Positions 1-8,420 of a stretch of DNA of 64,000 nt are shown one piece after another. This DNA is from Candidatus Omnitrophota bacterium. Lineage in GTDB: Bacteria; Omnitrophota; Gorgyraeia; Gorgyraeales; Gorgyraeaceae. The notes under the pieces are model-generated. The model was not told the origin of the DNA, made no database searches, and worked only from the letters and a program-made list of their open reading frames with translations. A program made the translations under genes and the position numbers. Where the stretch lies: assembly GCA_003485765.1 (NCBI GenBank), contig DNHS01000051.1, forward strand, positions 71,747 to 135,746. The letters are read 5' to 3'. Each line of letters starts with the position of its first letter. Positions within the stretch are counted from its first letter, which is position 1.

Positions 1-411
1 CCAGAGCTCATCTGGCGATGGAAAGTTATCTATTGATAATTCCTTCTCAACCACCGAAGAGTATCCTGAACGGTCATGCTGAATAAATCCATCTCCATTG
101 GAACTGAAGGCAATGGGGACATCTAAAATCTCAGCATATCTTAGTGCTTGCTGCATGCCGGCACCGACCGAGTGAGTATTATCTTTTGCTTCAATTACAG
201 CAACGGGAATATTGGGTTTGTAATAGAGAATAAAATCAGTCCGCTTACGTTCTCCACGGACGGTCTTTTCACCTTTAACGAAGATGCGTCCATTAGTGAA
301 AGATACTTCTTCACGTATCTGCCGTTCGATATTCCATCCAGCCCTGACAATGGCGGGTAAGATGAATTGGGAACAGATATCTCTCTCGGAAAGTTCTTTC
401 TTTGTGCTCAT
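1..411 (-). CDS. hsdR: Type I restriction enzyme R subunit (HsdR), N-terminal 137 aa; gene continues beyond the window start
   Basis: Minus-strand translation from ATG (complement 409-411) reads MSTKKELSERDICSQFILPAIVRAGWNIERQIREEVSFTNGRIFVKGEKTVRGERKRTDFILYYKPNIPVAVIEAKDN..., the canonical HsdR N-terminus. It is absent from the ORF track because it runs off the window edge. Confidence 0.75.
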   Translation of the reverse strand, partial: MSTKKELSERDICSQFILPAIVRAGWNIERQIREEVSFTNGRIFVKGEKTVRGERKRTDFILYYKPNIPVAVIEAKDNTHSVGAGMQQALRYAEILDVPIAFSSNGDGFIQHDRSGYSSVVEKELSIDNFPSPDELW

Positions 412-499
412 AAAGTTGTCTGCATTTTAAAAATATGCTTCTGGAGTATATCCTTTGGTTTTGATTATAACACTTAGGAGCTTGCTTATAAAGAAAATT

Positions 500-587
500 A
501 AACTAACCCTCTAACAACCTTTAGGTGAGGTTTTTCTCTGGCAAAAAGGTAAAATCCTTTATAAGCATTAAAAGTCCTCACTAATAC
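500..587. promoter_or_regulatory. Copy 1 of a ~60-90 bp conserved upstream element (core CCTCTAAcAA...GGcAAAAAGGTAAAATCCT), upstream of hsdR. A TGTTATAAT extended -10-like box lies between it and the hsdR start.
   Basis: Sequence similarity to 3411-3510 and 4290-4390, same orientation. It lies in the 5' region of a minus-strand gene. Confidence 0.45.
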
Positions 588-788
588 AACGGTATGCGAT
601 TTATTCCTTATTGAGGCTGAGTCTTACATTGCTTTTTGCTCATTTGACAATAACTGACAATCTTGGTATACTTGGGATTGGCTCTTTAAAACTTAGTAGT
701 TTTTGTTTCACCATAGAATAGAGTTCGGCTCTATTAACGTTCAAGTGTGGTGAGGTTGCACTATGTCCCGAAAGGGACAAGGGGGGAA

Positions 789-1556
789 ATGCAGCCTTAT
801 CGGATTAACTTGAACGTTGCCGGTATGGATATGCGCTCCCTTTTTATTTGGTGCAACTACATGGAAACTGTTAAGCTAAACGAAACTTTATCGTCAGATA
901 TCAATAGATGTATTAGAATACTGAGTGAGAAATTTAGGAAATGGCCCTATAACTTCTTCACTGAATCTGATGCGCATAGTTACCTCTATCTCTCCTTCTT
1001 CAGATATGGAACCCCTGCCTTAAAAAGTCTGTATCAGTCTAAGGACCACAGGAGAAGCGTCCTAATACACAGGGAATATCCAACATTCTTCCGATATTCG
1101 CAAAAAGAGTTAAAACTATGTAGATTAGACGAATCAAAGGGAACATGTGGCCACTATGATATGGTAGTATTAAATCCCGACTTCATAAACAATCACGAAA
1201 TCCAGCAGGTAATCTCTAAAGACAACACGATACGCCAGACAGTAAATTTTAACGACAACCATCTCTTGGCGGCGATAGAATTCAAGCTATTGCATAAGCC
1301 GTTAACAGGAGACCTCAGAGATGAGATTAAGAAAGATTTTATTAAATTGGGATGGGCATTAGAAACCAAGCAAGCCAGAGAAGCCTATATGTTAATCTTT
1401 AACAGATACGGCGAGGAGAGGAATTACTGGCAGACACTTGAGGAGTTGCAAAGAGAACATCAGGGTATTAAACTAGTCTATCAGGAGTCTTACTACAACG
1501 GGGATAAACATAAAACATTCATTAAATCGTATCTTAAGCAAAAGCCTACCTCTTAA
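789..1556 (+). CDS. Hypothetical protein, possible PD-(D/E)xK-type nuclease (D in GHYDMVVL, E-x-K in AAIEFKLL)
   Basis: ORF track 747-1556 begins at GTG. ATG at 789 is preceded by AAGGGGGG. The motif assignment is by eye only. Confidence 0.4.
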   Translation: MQPYRINLNVAGMDMRSLFIWCNYMETVKLNETLSSDINRCIRILSEKFRKWPYNFFTESDAHSYLYLSFFRYGTPALKSLYQSKDHRRSVLIHREYPTFFRYSQKELKLCRLDESKGTCGHYDMVVLNPDFINNHEIQQVISKDNTIRQTVNFNDNHLLAAIEFKLLHKPLTGDLRDEIKKDFIKLGWALETKQAREAYMLIFNRYGEERNYWQTLEELQREHQGIKLVYQESYYNGDKHKTFIKSYLKQKPTS

Positions 1557-1890
1557 ACTTCCTGGCGTCACCACTGACTTTCTTTATAAGCTCAGGTAAC
1601 TTCTTATGATACCTACCATAACATCTGAATAGAATAACATCGGGACAGGATTTAGATTCTTTAATCAATTCAAAGCATAGAATAAGCAAATCGCCTGTTT
1701 CAATAAGATAATGCTTATCCCCTTTGCTATGTCTCTGTCTAATCTCATCAACATGCTCTGCCATTAACTCTAACAAAGCGAGAGAGTGATTCTTATTCAG
1801 CAACTTGTTATAGCATGTCGAATAACCGTGAATAGTATTTATTTCCATTTTTGCAAAATTAGTCAGAGTCTTTTTTGTCTTTATCATCAC
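1546..1890 (-). CDS. MazG-like nucleotide pyrophosphohydrolase (putative)
   Basis: 114 aa. The motif LAEHVDEI...HYLIETGDLLILCFEL resembles the EExGDLLF helix pair of MazG/dCTPase NTP-PPases. It is the last gene of the HD-membrane-MazG operon. Confidence 0.4.
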   Translation of the reverse strand: MMIKTKKTLTNFAKMEINTIHGYSTCYNKLLNKNHSLALLELMAEHVDEIRQRHSKGDKHYLIETGDLLILCFELIKESKSCPDVILFRCYGRYHKKLPELIKKVSGDARKFKR

Positions 1891-1907
1891 TCTTTAATTA
1901 TTGTCGG

Positions 1908-2738
1908 TTATTTATTTTTATCCTTAGGAATCACTCCTTTTTCAATTTTTCCTTCTTCGGGCTTTACTGGGACTACTACTTCTTTGATTTCAACTTCGGG
2001 CTTTATTATAATTATCGCTTCTCTGATTTCAACTTTGCCGGATTTCTTAGGGTCAAAACCCTCAGTAATCCACTCATTCTTAGGCGCTTGAACATTCGGA
2101 TTAGGTGTCTGTTGTTTTAGAGGCTCTACCTTTTGAGTCTCTTTGGGTGTAGTATCTTTTTCTTTTGCCATAATACTTACCTCCTTTTTAACTTGCTGAT
2201 TCCTATCTGGGCTAAAAAATATATAATCTCCGTAAAGAAAAGTCAGAAATAGAAACGACATCATGGCAGCTTTTATTAAATCATAAGCAGAATCTAGTTT
2301 TCTAATCTTGCGGTCTATTACTAAACGATTCTTCTGAATAGAATCCTTATTTTCCTTTGCCACGGCGTAGTAAATATCAATCAGATTATTGTCATCATAG
2401 AACTTTATTACATTGTCGTTAAACGATACCTTTAGAACCGAGTGCTGCTGTAATACATAGAAGACAGAAAACCAGGCAAAAACAATTAGAACAAATGAAA
2501 TGATTCCGTTTGTAAGGAGTAGCCACTCAATTAAATTCGTGGGTTGACATATGCCAGTGAATATTTTATTGAATAAAAATCCATATATACCAGCTAAAAA
2601 GGTGAGAATGGCAATGTATTTTGAAGCCTTCTCATCAATTCTATTAAACCTATTTAGGTCTTCGAGCAGAACTTCCTTTGACCTTAAATATAAGTCTTTG
2701 TATTTCTCTATCCCCTCATTCTTAATATTTTTTTCCAT
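1908..2738 (-). CDS. Membrane protein with several TM helices and a lysine/proline-rich C-terminal tail
   Basis: 276 aa with hydrophobic segments (FLAGIYGFLF, IISFVLIVFAWFSVFYVL, MMSFLFLTFLYG). The start overlaps the HD gene stop by 17 nt. Confidence 0.5.
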   Translation of the reverse strand: MEKNIKNEGIEKYKDLYLRSKEVLLEDLNRFNRIDEKASKYIAILTFLAGIYGFLFNKIFTGICQPTNLIEWLLLTNGIISFVLIVFAWFSVFYVLQQHSVLKVSFNDNVIKFYDDNNLIDIYYAVAKENKDSIQKNRLVIDRKIRKLDSAYDLIKAAMMSFLFLTFLYGDYIFFSPDRNQQVKKEVSIMAKEKDTTPKETQKVEPLKQQTPNPNVQAPKNEWITEGFDPKKSGKVEIREAIIIIKPEVEIKEVVVPVKPEEGKIEKGVIPKDKNK

Positions 2739-3348
2739 AATAATCTGCGTTTTCTTCTATCTTTCGGCCTTCTTCATAAACATGCGCAGTCCACGTATCC
2801 GCAAACTGTATCAATAATGTTAGTGGCATCTCGTGATGGGCATATTCTTTATTAGCCTCTATATATTGCCCATCGTGTGCGAGGATAGCTTGAGCCTCTG
2901 AATCAGATAAGGAAATATATTTAGTAACAAGATATAAACTGCGTGCTGCAAGATTCATATCTACTTCTGCAGGATTGATTTTATAAGTCATATTCCTATT
3001 TTTTACTTCCCACTCATTGGTATTCTTGAGATATCGTGGCTTGCCGGGCATACCTATCTTTCCGATGTCATGCAGAAGCCCTACAATAACACAGGATTCC
3101 TCTGATATTTGAGGAGCAATAAGCTCTCTGAACTTCAGGAGAGTCTCAGCAACCCCTACAGAATGCTCCAGTAAACCACCCTCTTTATTCAGATGAAACC
3201 TTGTGCTCGCCGGACTTGTAAGCCAGCTTGACTCAGTTTCAAGCATTTTAATAAAGGCTTCGAATTCCTTCTCTCTTTTAACCACTTTGCATTTTAATGC
3301 TTCGTAACGTTCTCGTATTGTCATAGGAAGTTCCTTTCTTTTTACCAT
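2722..3348 (-). CDS. HD-domain phosphohydrolase
   Basis: 208 aa with an H...HD signature (LLEHSVGVAE ... GLLHDIGKIG ... ILAHDGQY). Confidence 0.7.
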   Translation of the reverse strand: MVKRKELPMTIRERYEALKCKVVKREKEFEAFIKMLETESSWLTSPASTRFHLNKEGGLLEHSVGVAETLLKFRELIAPQISEESCVIVGLLHDIGKIGMPGKPRYLKNTNEWEVKNRNMTYKINPAEVDMNLAARSLYLVTKYISLSDSEAQAILAHDGQYIEANKEYAHHEMPLTLLIQFADTWTAHVYEEGRKIEENADYYGKKY

Positions 3349-3410
3349 TATAACACGCTTACAATTTTAATAAAGAACAGAAATTTCTTACAATCTACCT
3401 CTAATACTTT

Positions 3411-3510
3411 AAACTAAGCCTCTAATAAACGCAAGGCTAAGATACAGGCTGGAAAAAAGGTAAAATCCTCTACTAACAAAAATAATGCCTACATTAAAGT
3501 GCAGTGAGCA
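3411..3510. promoter_or_regulatory. Copy 2 of the conserved upstream element, ~75 nt upstream of the HD-gene start
   Basis: CCTCTAATAAACGCAAGGCTAAGATACAGGCTGGAAAAAAGGTAAAATCCTC plus ACATTAAAGTGCAGTGAGCA; about 85 percent identical to copy 3. Confidence 0.5.
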
Positions 3511-3515
3511 TTGGC

Positions 3516-4010
3516 TCAAATCTTTGCATCGTAAAATATATCGTTTAAGCATTTGTCTCGCTGACTAACAGCCTTTCGAGCTTCTTGTTGAGTCAGTCCA
3601 CCCTTTATAAAATACTCGACTAATTCATTATCAGTTGAGAATTCGTCGTTGTGAAGCGTTGCATTTACCCATTTTAACAATTCTGCTCTACTCATCTTTG
3701 AACCTTTGGGATTTAGTTCTGCCTGTATCTTCCGTAAGGGCGTTGGCTTAAAATATAAATCCCGCTCAATGCCTATGCCAAGTGGGCCGCGGCAATCTTG
3801 CAGTTCCTTGAGGCTAAAATAACCGATCTCTATCTCGTGTCCTCTAACTAATCCAAAGAGAGTATCTACACCGTCAAATTCAAGCACAAACCAAGTCCAG
3901 TAACTGCAAGGGTCGAAGAATTTAAGATAGACAACTGCATCATCACCTTTGTTGTCTTGCTCATACAGTTTCGGAAGTGTCTGGGCTAATTCTTTGGGTA
4001 ACAATTCCAC
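3516..4010 (-). CDS. DUF2958-like protein
   Basis: N-terminal LPKLYEQDN...DAVVYLKFFDP.SYWTWFVLEFDGVDTLFGLV...GYFSLKEL matches the DUF2958 signature as I recall it. Confidence 0.45.
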   Translation of the reverse strand: MELLPKELAQTLPKLYEQDNKGDDAVVYLKFFDPCSYWTWFVLEFDGVDTLFGLVRGHEIEIGYFSLKELQDCRGPLGIGIERDLYFKPTPLRKIQAELNPKGSKMSRAELLKWVNATLHNDEFSTDNELVEYFIKGGLTQQEARKAVSQRDKCLNDIFYDAKI

Positions 4011-4123
4011 TATTCTGGCTCCTTCCTGTGATTCACAATTCGAACATGCCTAATAGACATCTTTATGTGTCTGCTGGGCATGTCTAATAAAAGACTTCTC
4101 CTGATAACTGGTTTCTTTATTAA

Positions 4124-4285
4124 CTACTTTGCCAGCGGTTCTTGGTTTACCTCTCTGCCATAGGCTATGTGGACAGCTTTCCTTAGCAATTCACAGATGC
4201 TTTTACTGGTCTTGCATCTCATCTGGAACAGAATTGCCATTTCTTTTTCAGATAATTTAGAAGCTGGCCACTGATATTTGTTCAT
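4124..4285 (-). CDS. Possible small ORF (53 aa, MNKYQWPASKLSEKEMAILFQMRCKTSKSICELLRKAVHIAYGREVNQEPLAK), directly downstream of repeat copy 3
   Basis: ATG at complement 4283-4285 lies ~15 nt after the conserved TTGCGTTTATTAGAGGG box. Below the ORF-track length cut-off; hand translated. Confidence 0.2.
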   Translation of the reverse strand: MNKYQWPASKLSEKEMAILFQMRCKTSKSICELLRKAVHIAYGREVNQEPLAK

Positions 4286-4289
4286 TTTT

Positions 4290-4390
4290 AAACTTGCCCT
4301 CTAATAAACGCAAGGTTGATATACAATCTCGGAAAAAGGTAAAATCCTTTAAACATATACGAAGTCTCATTAAGGGGCATGCTGTGCAGC
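4290..4390. promoter_or_regulatory. Copy 3 of the conserved upstream element
   Basis: CCCTCTAATAAACGCAAGGTTGATATACAATCTCGGAAAAAGGTAAAATCCTTT plus CATTAAGGGGCATGCTGTGCAGC. Confidence 0.5.
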
Positions 4391-4396
4391 TTAATG

Positions 4397-5659
4397 TCAT
4401 TTAGGCGAACTTTCACGCCCCGGTTTCGCATAACAGTCTGACCACCATTTCCCGGTCTTACAAGAGACAATTAACTTCAACCCTTCCAGCTCTGTTTCCA
4501 TAATTACTTTGATTCGCTCAATGCTATCTTCGACTTCACCCTCTGGAACTGTAACAAGTATTCCGTCATGCAACATTGTGTCTATTTTAAACCCTGCTTT
4601 ATGCAGAGCGACAAGGCTGAATTTCACGATGTCAGCAGCTGTTCCCTGAATCCGAGTATTCACGGCTTGGCGCTCTGATTTCTTTCTTGCTACAATATTA
4701 GGAGAAATTATATCAGGAAGAAATCTTCGCCTGCCGAAATATGTCTCCGCAAATCCTGTTGAGCGAGCCTTCTCAATCGTCTCTTGCTTAAACGCCTCTA
4801 TCTCAGGAATATTTGATTTATAGGCTTTTATAAGCTTCTCTGCTTGATGAATAGATGTCCTGAGATTACGGGCAAGCCCTGCTGCTTCCTGTCCATAGCT
4901 CAAACCAAACCCGAGCATTTTTCCGAGCTTTCGCTCCTTGTCTGTTACGAGTTCGTATGGGATACCTTTCATATCGCTAACAGCTTTCTTATGCATATCC
5001 AAACCTTTAGCCCAGCAATCCTTGAAATATTTATCGTGGGAAAGAGCAGAGATAATGCGGAGTTCAAAACTATCATAGTCCGCTAAGATAAAAGTGCAGC
5101 CTTCGTCTGCGTAGATAACAGTTCTGCCAAGTTCTGGAATTCCTTGTAGGTTGTAGTCTCGGGTGTAAAGCCGGCCACTGGGACAGTCATCGGTGTAAAT
5201 GCAGGAGACTTTTCCCTGCTTCTTATCAGTTGCAGTATATAAGCCTTTAAGAGTAGAAAGAAGTCTCTCCAGATTCCTATATTGGGATATTTCTTGAGTG
5301 ACTGGATTATTGAAATCGGTGAGGGCTCTACGGTTAGCGATGTATCTACCGGTGCGGGACTTTCGTAATTTAACCCCTAACTGTGAAGAAAGAATCAAGG
5401 CTATGTCACGAGCACTATTAAGGTTGACCTTGCCTTTAAGATGCAGATTCTCATATAAGCTATCGCGAATTTTATCTTTATCAAGCCTGACTCCATCAAT
5501 TAGTGCTGAGAGTTTATTAACATCCACATTCAAGCCTCGATTCTGCATTGAGATTTTAACTCCCTGCATATCTTTTTCGAGGGCTTGAATGGTCTCTGAA
5601 TGAACTACTCTGTCGCAGGTATATATAGGCTCCCGCTCGTCTCGATATTTTAAAGACAT
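4397..5659 (-). CDS. Family A DNA polymerase, polymerase domain only (no 3'-5' or 5'-3' exonuclease domains)
   Basis: Motif A LADYDSFELRI (DYSQIELR), motif B KLGKMLGFGLSYG (K..NFG..YG), motif C MLHDGILV (HDE), RRFLPDI, QGTAADI. Collinear with the Taq/Klenow palm-fingers region. 420 aa. Confidence 0.8.
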   Translation of the reverse strand: MSLKYRDEREPIYTCDRVVHSETIQALEKDMQGVKISMQNRGLNVDVNKLSALIDGVRLDKDKIRDSLYENLHLKGKVNLNSARDIALILSSQLGVKLRKSRTGRYIANRRALTDFNNPVTQEISQYRNLERLLSTLKGLYTATDKKQGKVSCIYTDDCPSGRLYTRDYNLQGIPELGRTVIYADEGCTFILADYDSFELRIISALSHDKYFKDCWAKGLDMHKKAVSDMKGIPYELVTDKERKLGKMLGFGLSYGQEAAGLARNLRTSIHQAEKLIKAYKSNIPEIEAFKQETIEKARSTGFAETYFGRRRFLPDIISPNIVARKKSERQAVNTRIQGTAADIVKFSLVALHKAGFKIDTMLHDGILVTVPEGEVEDSIERIKVIMETELEGLKLIVSCKTGKWWSDCYAKPGRESSPK

Positions 5660-5835
5660 CCTCTTATACCTCAGGTTGGAAAAAATTTTAAAAGATACTT
5701 TTCGTGTTCCTCATTTCTACATAACTCATTGCTAATAAATAAGTTATGCCACCCAATAAATACATATAAACAACGGCGTTCTGGATTTGTCAAGCAAAAA
5801 AGTAAAGATTTTTTAACTCTCCGACGAGATTTTTA

Positions 5836-6519
5836 TTATTGTGTAAGAAATTCTTTTGCAATCTGCAAATCAATGACACCTTCGTAGTTCGAAAGAATTT
5901 CCAGATTGCCAAGGCAGTCTCGTGGACAAAAATTAGAGCGTTCTATTAAAAATTCAAATACGTTTTTTTCAATCTTAATTCTTTCAAGCTCAGAAATTCT
6001 GCTTAGTTTACTAATTAATACATCATTTGGTGGCGGCTTAAGAAAATATTTATCACTTCTTGAAAGCAGTCCTCCATCAATTCTGTTCAGGTCAGATGTT
6101 GCAAAAATGAAAGTCAAAAAATTGATGTCTTCTATAGGCTTTAAGAAGCCATCCTGCGCTTTATCAGGCATTCTATGAGCCTCGTCAAAAAATAGAACTC
6201 GCGGCATAAGTACAGAACAACTGAATCCTCTAAATTTACCCAACATTTTATTGATAGTTGCGTAATCGCACTCTGGGGAATTAAATTCCATATATTCAAT
6301 GCACTGCGAAAGCTCACCTTCGCATTCAATGATATCTTTGGCAAATATTCTCGCCAGCGTTGTCTTACCCAAGCCGAAATTTGAAGACAGGATTATCGAA
6401 TGAGGGAAAAATCCTTTCTTGCGATAACCATTCCAAATAATTTTGATATGCTCATTACCCCAAACCTCATCCAGTGTCTTAGGCCTGTATTTCTCTCTGA
6501 AATCTCTTAAGTCTTCCAT
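5836..6519 (-). CDS. Clamp-loader-like AAA+ ATPase (DnaX/RFC small-subunit-like)
   Basis: KYRPKTLDEVWGNEHIKII...SSNFGLGKTTLARIFAKDI matches the KYRP...GxxGxGKTT clamp-loader N-terminus. Walker B is FFDEAHRM. Confidence 0.6.
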   Translation of the reverse strand: MEDLRDFREKYRPKTLDEVWGNEHIKIIWNGYRKKGFFPHSIILSSNFGLGKTTLARIFAKDIIECEGELSQCIEYMEFNSPECDYATINKMLGKFRGFSCSVLMPRVLFFDEAHRMPDKAQDGFLKPIEDINFLTFIFATSDLNRIDGGLLSRSDKYFLKPPPNDVLISKLSRISELERIKIEKNVFEFLIERSNFCPRDCLGNLEILSNYEGVIDLQIAKEFLTQ

Positions 6520-6616
6520 TGAAAAGCTCCTTTCTGGTTAAACTGAAAAACTAAACAATTTATGCACTAACTTCTTGATAAATTTAAGGTTGCTGTTTAT
6601 CATGCTGCCATAAAAA

Positions 6617-7741
6617 CTAAGATAAACTAAGGGTCGAATAGCAGTTAGCTAAGAGATTATCGGCCGAACCAATAGGAAAATCATCAGTGAAAGAGTAGTC
6701 AATTCTATTCTTTAGTCCTCTTACAGGCAGCTCGTTGAGAAAACCTAAGGCAGATAACTTTTTGAAGTATTTAGCCGTAACATTATAATTCTTAAAACGA
6801 CTTCCTTCTGTGGCGACTGCCGTTACTTGGTTACGGGTAAATGTTCTGTTCTGAAATAGCTCCCTCTTATGCTCCCGGAGAAAAACAATGAATTCAACAA
6901 GATCCCTTGTTAACGAAGCATCATCTTCGTCAATATGAACGCTTGTTAGAATCTGCTTTGCCTCGTAAAAATCATCGTGGACTGCCCCTATATACCTTGT
7001 CTCGCCATCTGTTTCTACAGTCCGCTGATTCTGATTAAGGAAAGTAATTGAAGAGATAAGGTTTAGGGTTCTTTCCATTATTCGCGGAGCGTGGTATGGA
7101 CTTGCACCAAGCTTTATTTGCTCTGCAAAGGGAATACCCACCGCTAAATTATGATTTAAATTCTTCTGAAATGTGCGGTGCTTATCTTGCAGACATTTAG
7201 TTGCCCGTTCAGAAATAAATCCTTTAACTGTCCTGAGTAACTTCTGCCTGCAAAGAATACCCTCCCTTGCTTCTTGAGATGTATTAATTCCTGCGACAAA
7301 ACAGCGAGACCTATTCTCAATACCAAATATTTCTGAATTAACCGTGGTTTCAATAAGAGTAGTCGGCCCCTTAAGAACATGTTCCTCATTAGCAGTAGAA
7401 TAGGTAACTTCGCCCTCGCTAATCAACTCTCTTATATACTGAGCGAATTGAGGGTCTTCATATTTCTCGTAGATAAACAAAATCTTATCGCTTAAATCGC
7501 CTTGCCTAACAAGACTGGCAGGCGTGATACGTGAACGGAAAAGAATATCTTCTGAAGGGAACAAATCTAAAACTGTTTTGGCAAGATGTGACTTACCCAG
7601 CCCTGCCGGCCCGGAAACAAGAACAGAGATTTTGTATCGAGTCTTTCTGACCGTAGCAGCCAGATACAGCAGCAAAGCTAAGTTTAAATTATCTCCTACT
7701 CCTAAAATTTTCAAATCTTCCTTTAATTCCTGAATTTTCAC
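6617..7741 (-). CDS. P-loop NTPase with DnaC/IstB-like Walker A (SGPAGLGKSHLAK); putative replication initiation or helicase-loader protein
   Basis: Walker A near residue 43, Walker B ILFIYEK. Neighbours are the polymerase and clamp-loader genes. Confidence 0.4.
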   Translation of the reverse strand: MKIQELKEDLKILGVGDNLNLALLLYLAATVRKTRYKISVLVSGPAGLGKSHLAKTVLDLFPSEDILFRSRITPASLVRQGDLSDKILFIYEKYEDPQFAQYIRELISEGEVTYSTANEEHVLKGPTTLIETTVNSEIFGIENRSRCFVAGINTSQEAREGILCRQKLLRTVKGFISERATKCLQDKHRTFQKNLNHNLAVGIPFAEQIKLGASPYHAPRIMERTLNLISSITFLNQNQRTVETDGETRYIGAVHDDFYEAKQILTSVHIDEDDASLTRDLVEFIVFLREHKRELFQNRTFTRNQVTAVATEGSRFKNYNVTAKYFKKLSALGFLNELPVRGLKNRIDYSFTDDFPIGSADNLLANCYSTLSLS

Positions 7742-7752
7742 AACTACCTCCT

Positions 7753-7775
7753 TGTGACGTTAAGGTGACGTTAAG
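7753..7775. repeat. Paired TGACGTTA motif (TGTGACGTTAAGGTGACGTTAAG), copy 1 of 3; putative integrase arm-type site
   Basis: Near-identical pairs at 7996-8018 and 18331-18354, all within att-flanking DNA. Confidence 0.5.
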
Positions 7776-7915
7776 AACTATAATTCTACAAAAGCATCCA
7801 AACATACGCAAAGACATCTAACACAATAAAAAAGGCGTAACTACCTTAAAAATCAGGTGATTACGCCTAATTACTAATAAAAATAGAGGGTTATACAAAC
7901 CCTCTATAAACAAAT

Positions 7916-7935
7916 GGTGCCGAGGAGAAGAATCA
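7916..7935. repeat. 20-bp direct repeat of the tRNA-Phe 3' end (TGGTGCCGAGGAGAAGAATC): att core copy between elements B and A
   Basis: Identical to 18492-18511 inside the intact tRNA-Phe. The ~160 bp to its left (7753-7915) is ~80 percent identical to 18331-18491. Confidence 0.7.
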
Positions 7936-7995
7936 TTTCTTTCCCTCGTATAAGTCCTTATTATATAATATGTTCTCAATATTACAAGTATTTTT

Positions 7996-8018
7996 TGTGA
8001 CGTTAGCGAGACGTTAAT
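7996..8018. repeat. Paired TGACGTTA motif (TGTGACGTTAGCGAGACGTTAAT), copy 2 of 3
   Basis: See 7753-7775. Confidence 0.5.
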
Positions 8019-8068
8019 ATAAAAAATATAGTTTTATGGATATTAGTACATATGATATAATTTAAGCT

Positions 8069-8404
8069 ATGGATAAAGATAATCAAAAAAACAACCGCCT
8101 ATCCTATACCATATTTACTGCTATATTAGGGGGGATTATTTTTCTTGTTTTTAATAACTACTGGTACCAAGATCACTCTTCTTATATTATTAAAGGAAAT
8201 AGAATAACAGGTAGTACTTATGTCTTTTCATTTAGTAATCCTGAGATAGGCTGGGTGCCTTTGAAAAAAGGATTAGACCAAAATCAAATGGGGATTTTTT
8301 ACGGTTTATCTAATAGATCTAAAGAAGAACGCAAACTTTTTGAAGACCTATTACAGAAATTAAATGATCTAGATAAAAAACTCGAAGAAAAACAAGAAAA
8401 ATAA
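8069..8404 (+). CDS. Small hypothetical membrane protein
   Basis: 111 aa with one TM segment (IFTAILGGIIFLVFNNYW). Confidence 0.35.
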   Translation: MDKDNQKNNRLSYTIFTAILGGIIFLVFNNYWYQDHSSYIIKGNRITGSTYVFSFSNPEIGWVPLKKGLDQNQMGIFYGLSNRSKEERKLFEDLLQKLNDLDKKLEEKQEK

Positions 8405-8420
8405 ACTGCTCAAATTTTCT

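Larger units (their letters stand above)
1..7935. mobile_element. Integrated element B (partial; left boundary outside window). It carries hsdR, a nuclease-like ORF, an HD/MazG module and a replication module (family A Pol, clamp-loader-like ATPase, DnaC-like ATPase). Its right end is the 20-bp tRNA-Phe 3'-end copy at 7916-7935.
   Basis: Right end carries a direct repeat (7753-7935) of the sequence abutting tRNA-Phe at 18331-18511. Gene content is plasmid/phage-like. No integrase is present inside the window portion. Confidence 0.5.

Noticed and set aside
148-360. Plus-strand 70-aa ORF
   Set aside because: Lies antisense inside the clearly recognisable hsdR N-terminal coding region; no RBS or motif.
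4288-4470. 60-aa minus-strand ORF overlapping the PolA 3' end
   Set aside because: Overlaps the end of the polymerase gene and repeat copy 3 in another frame; no features.
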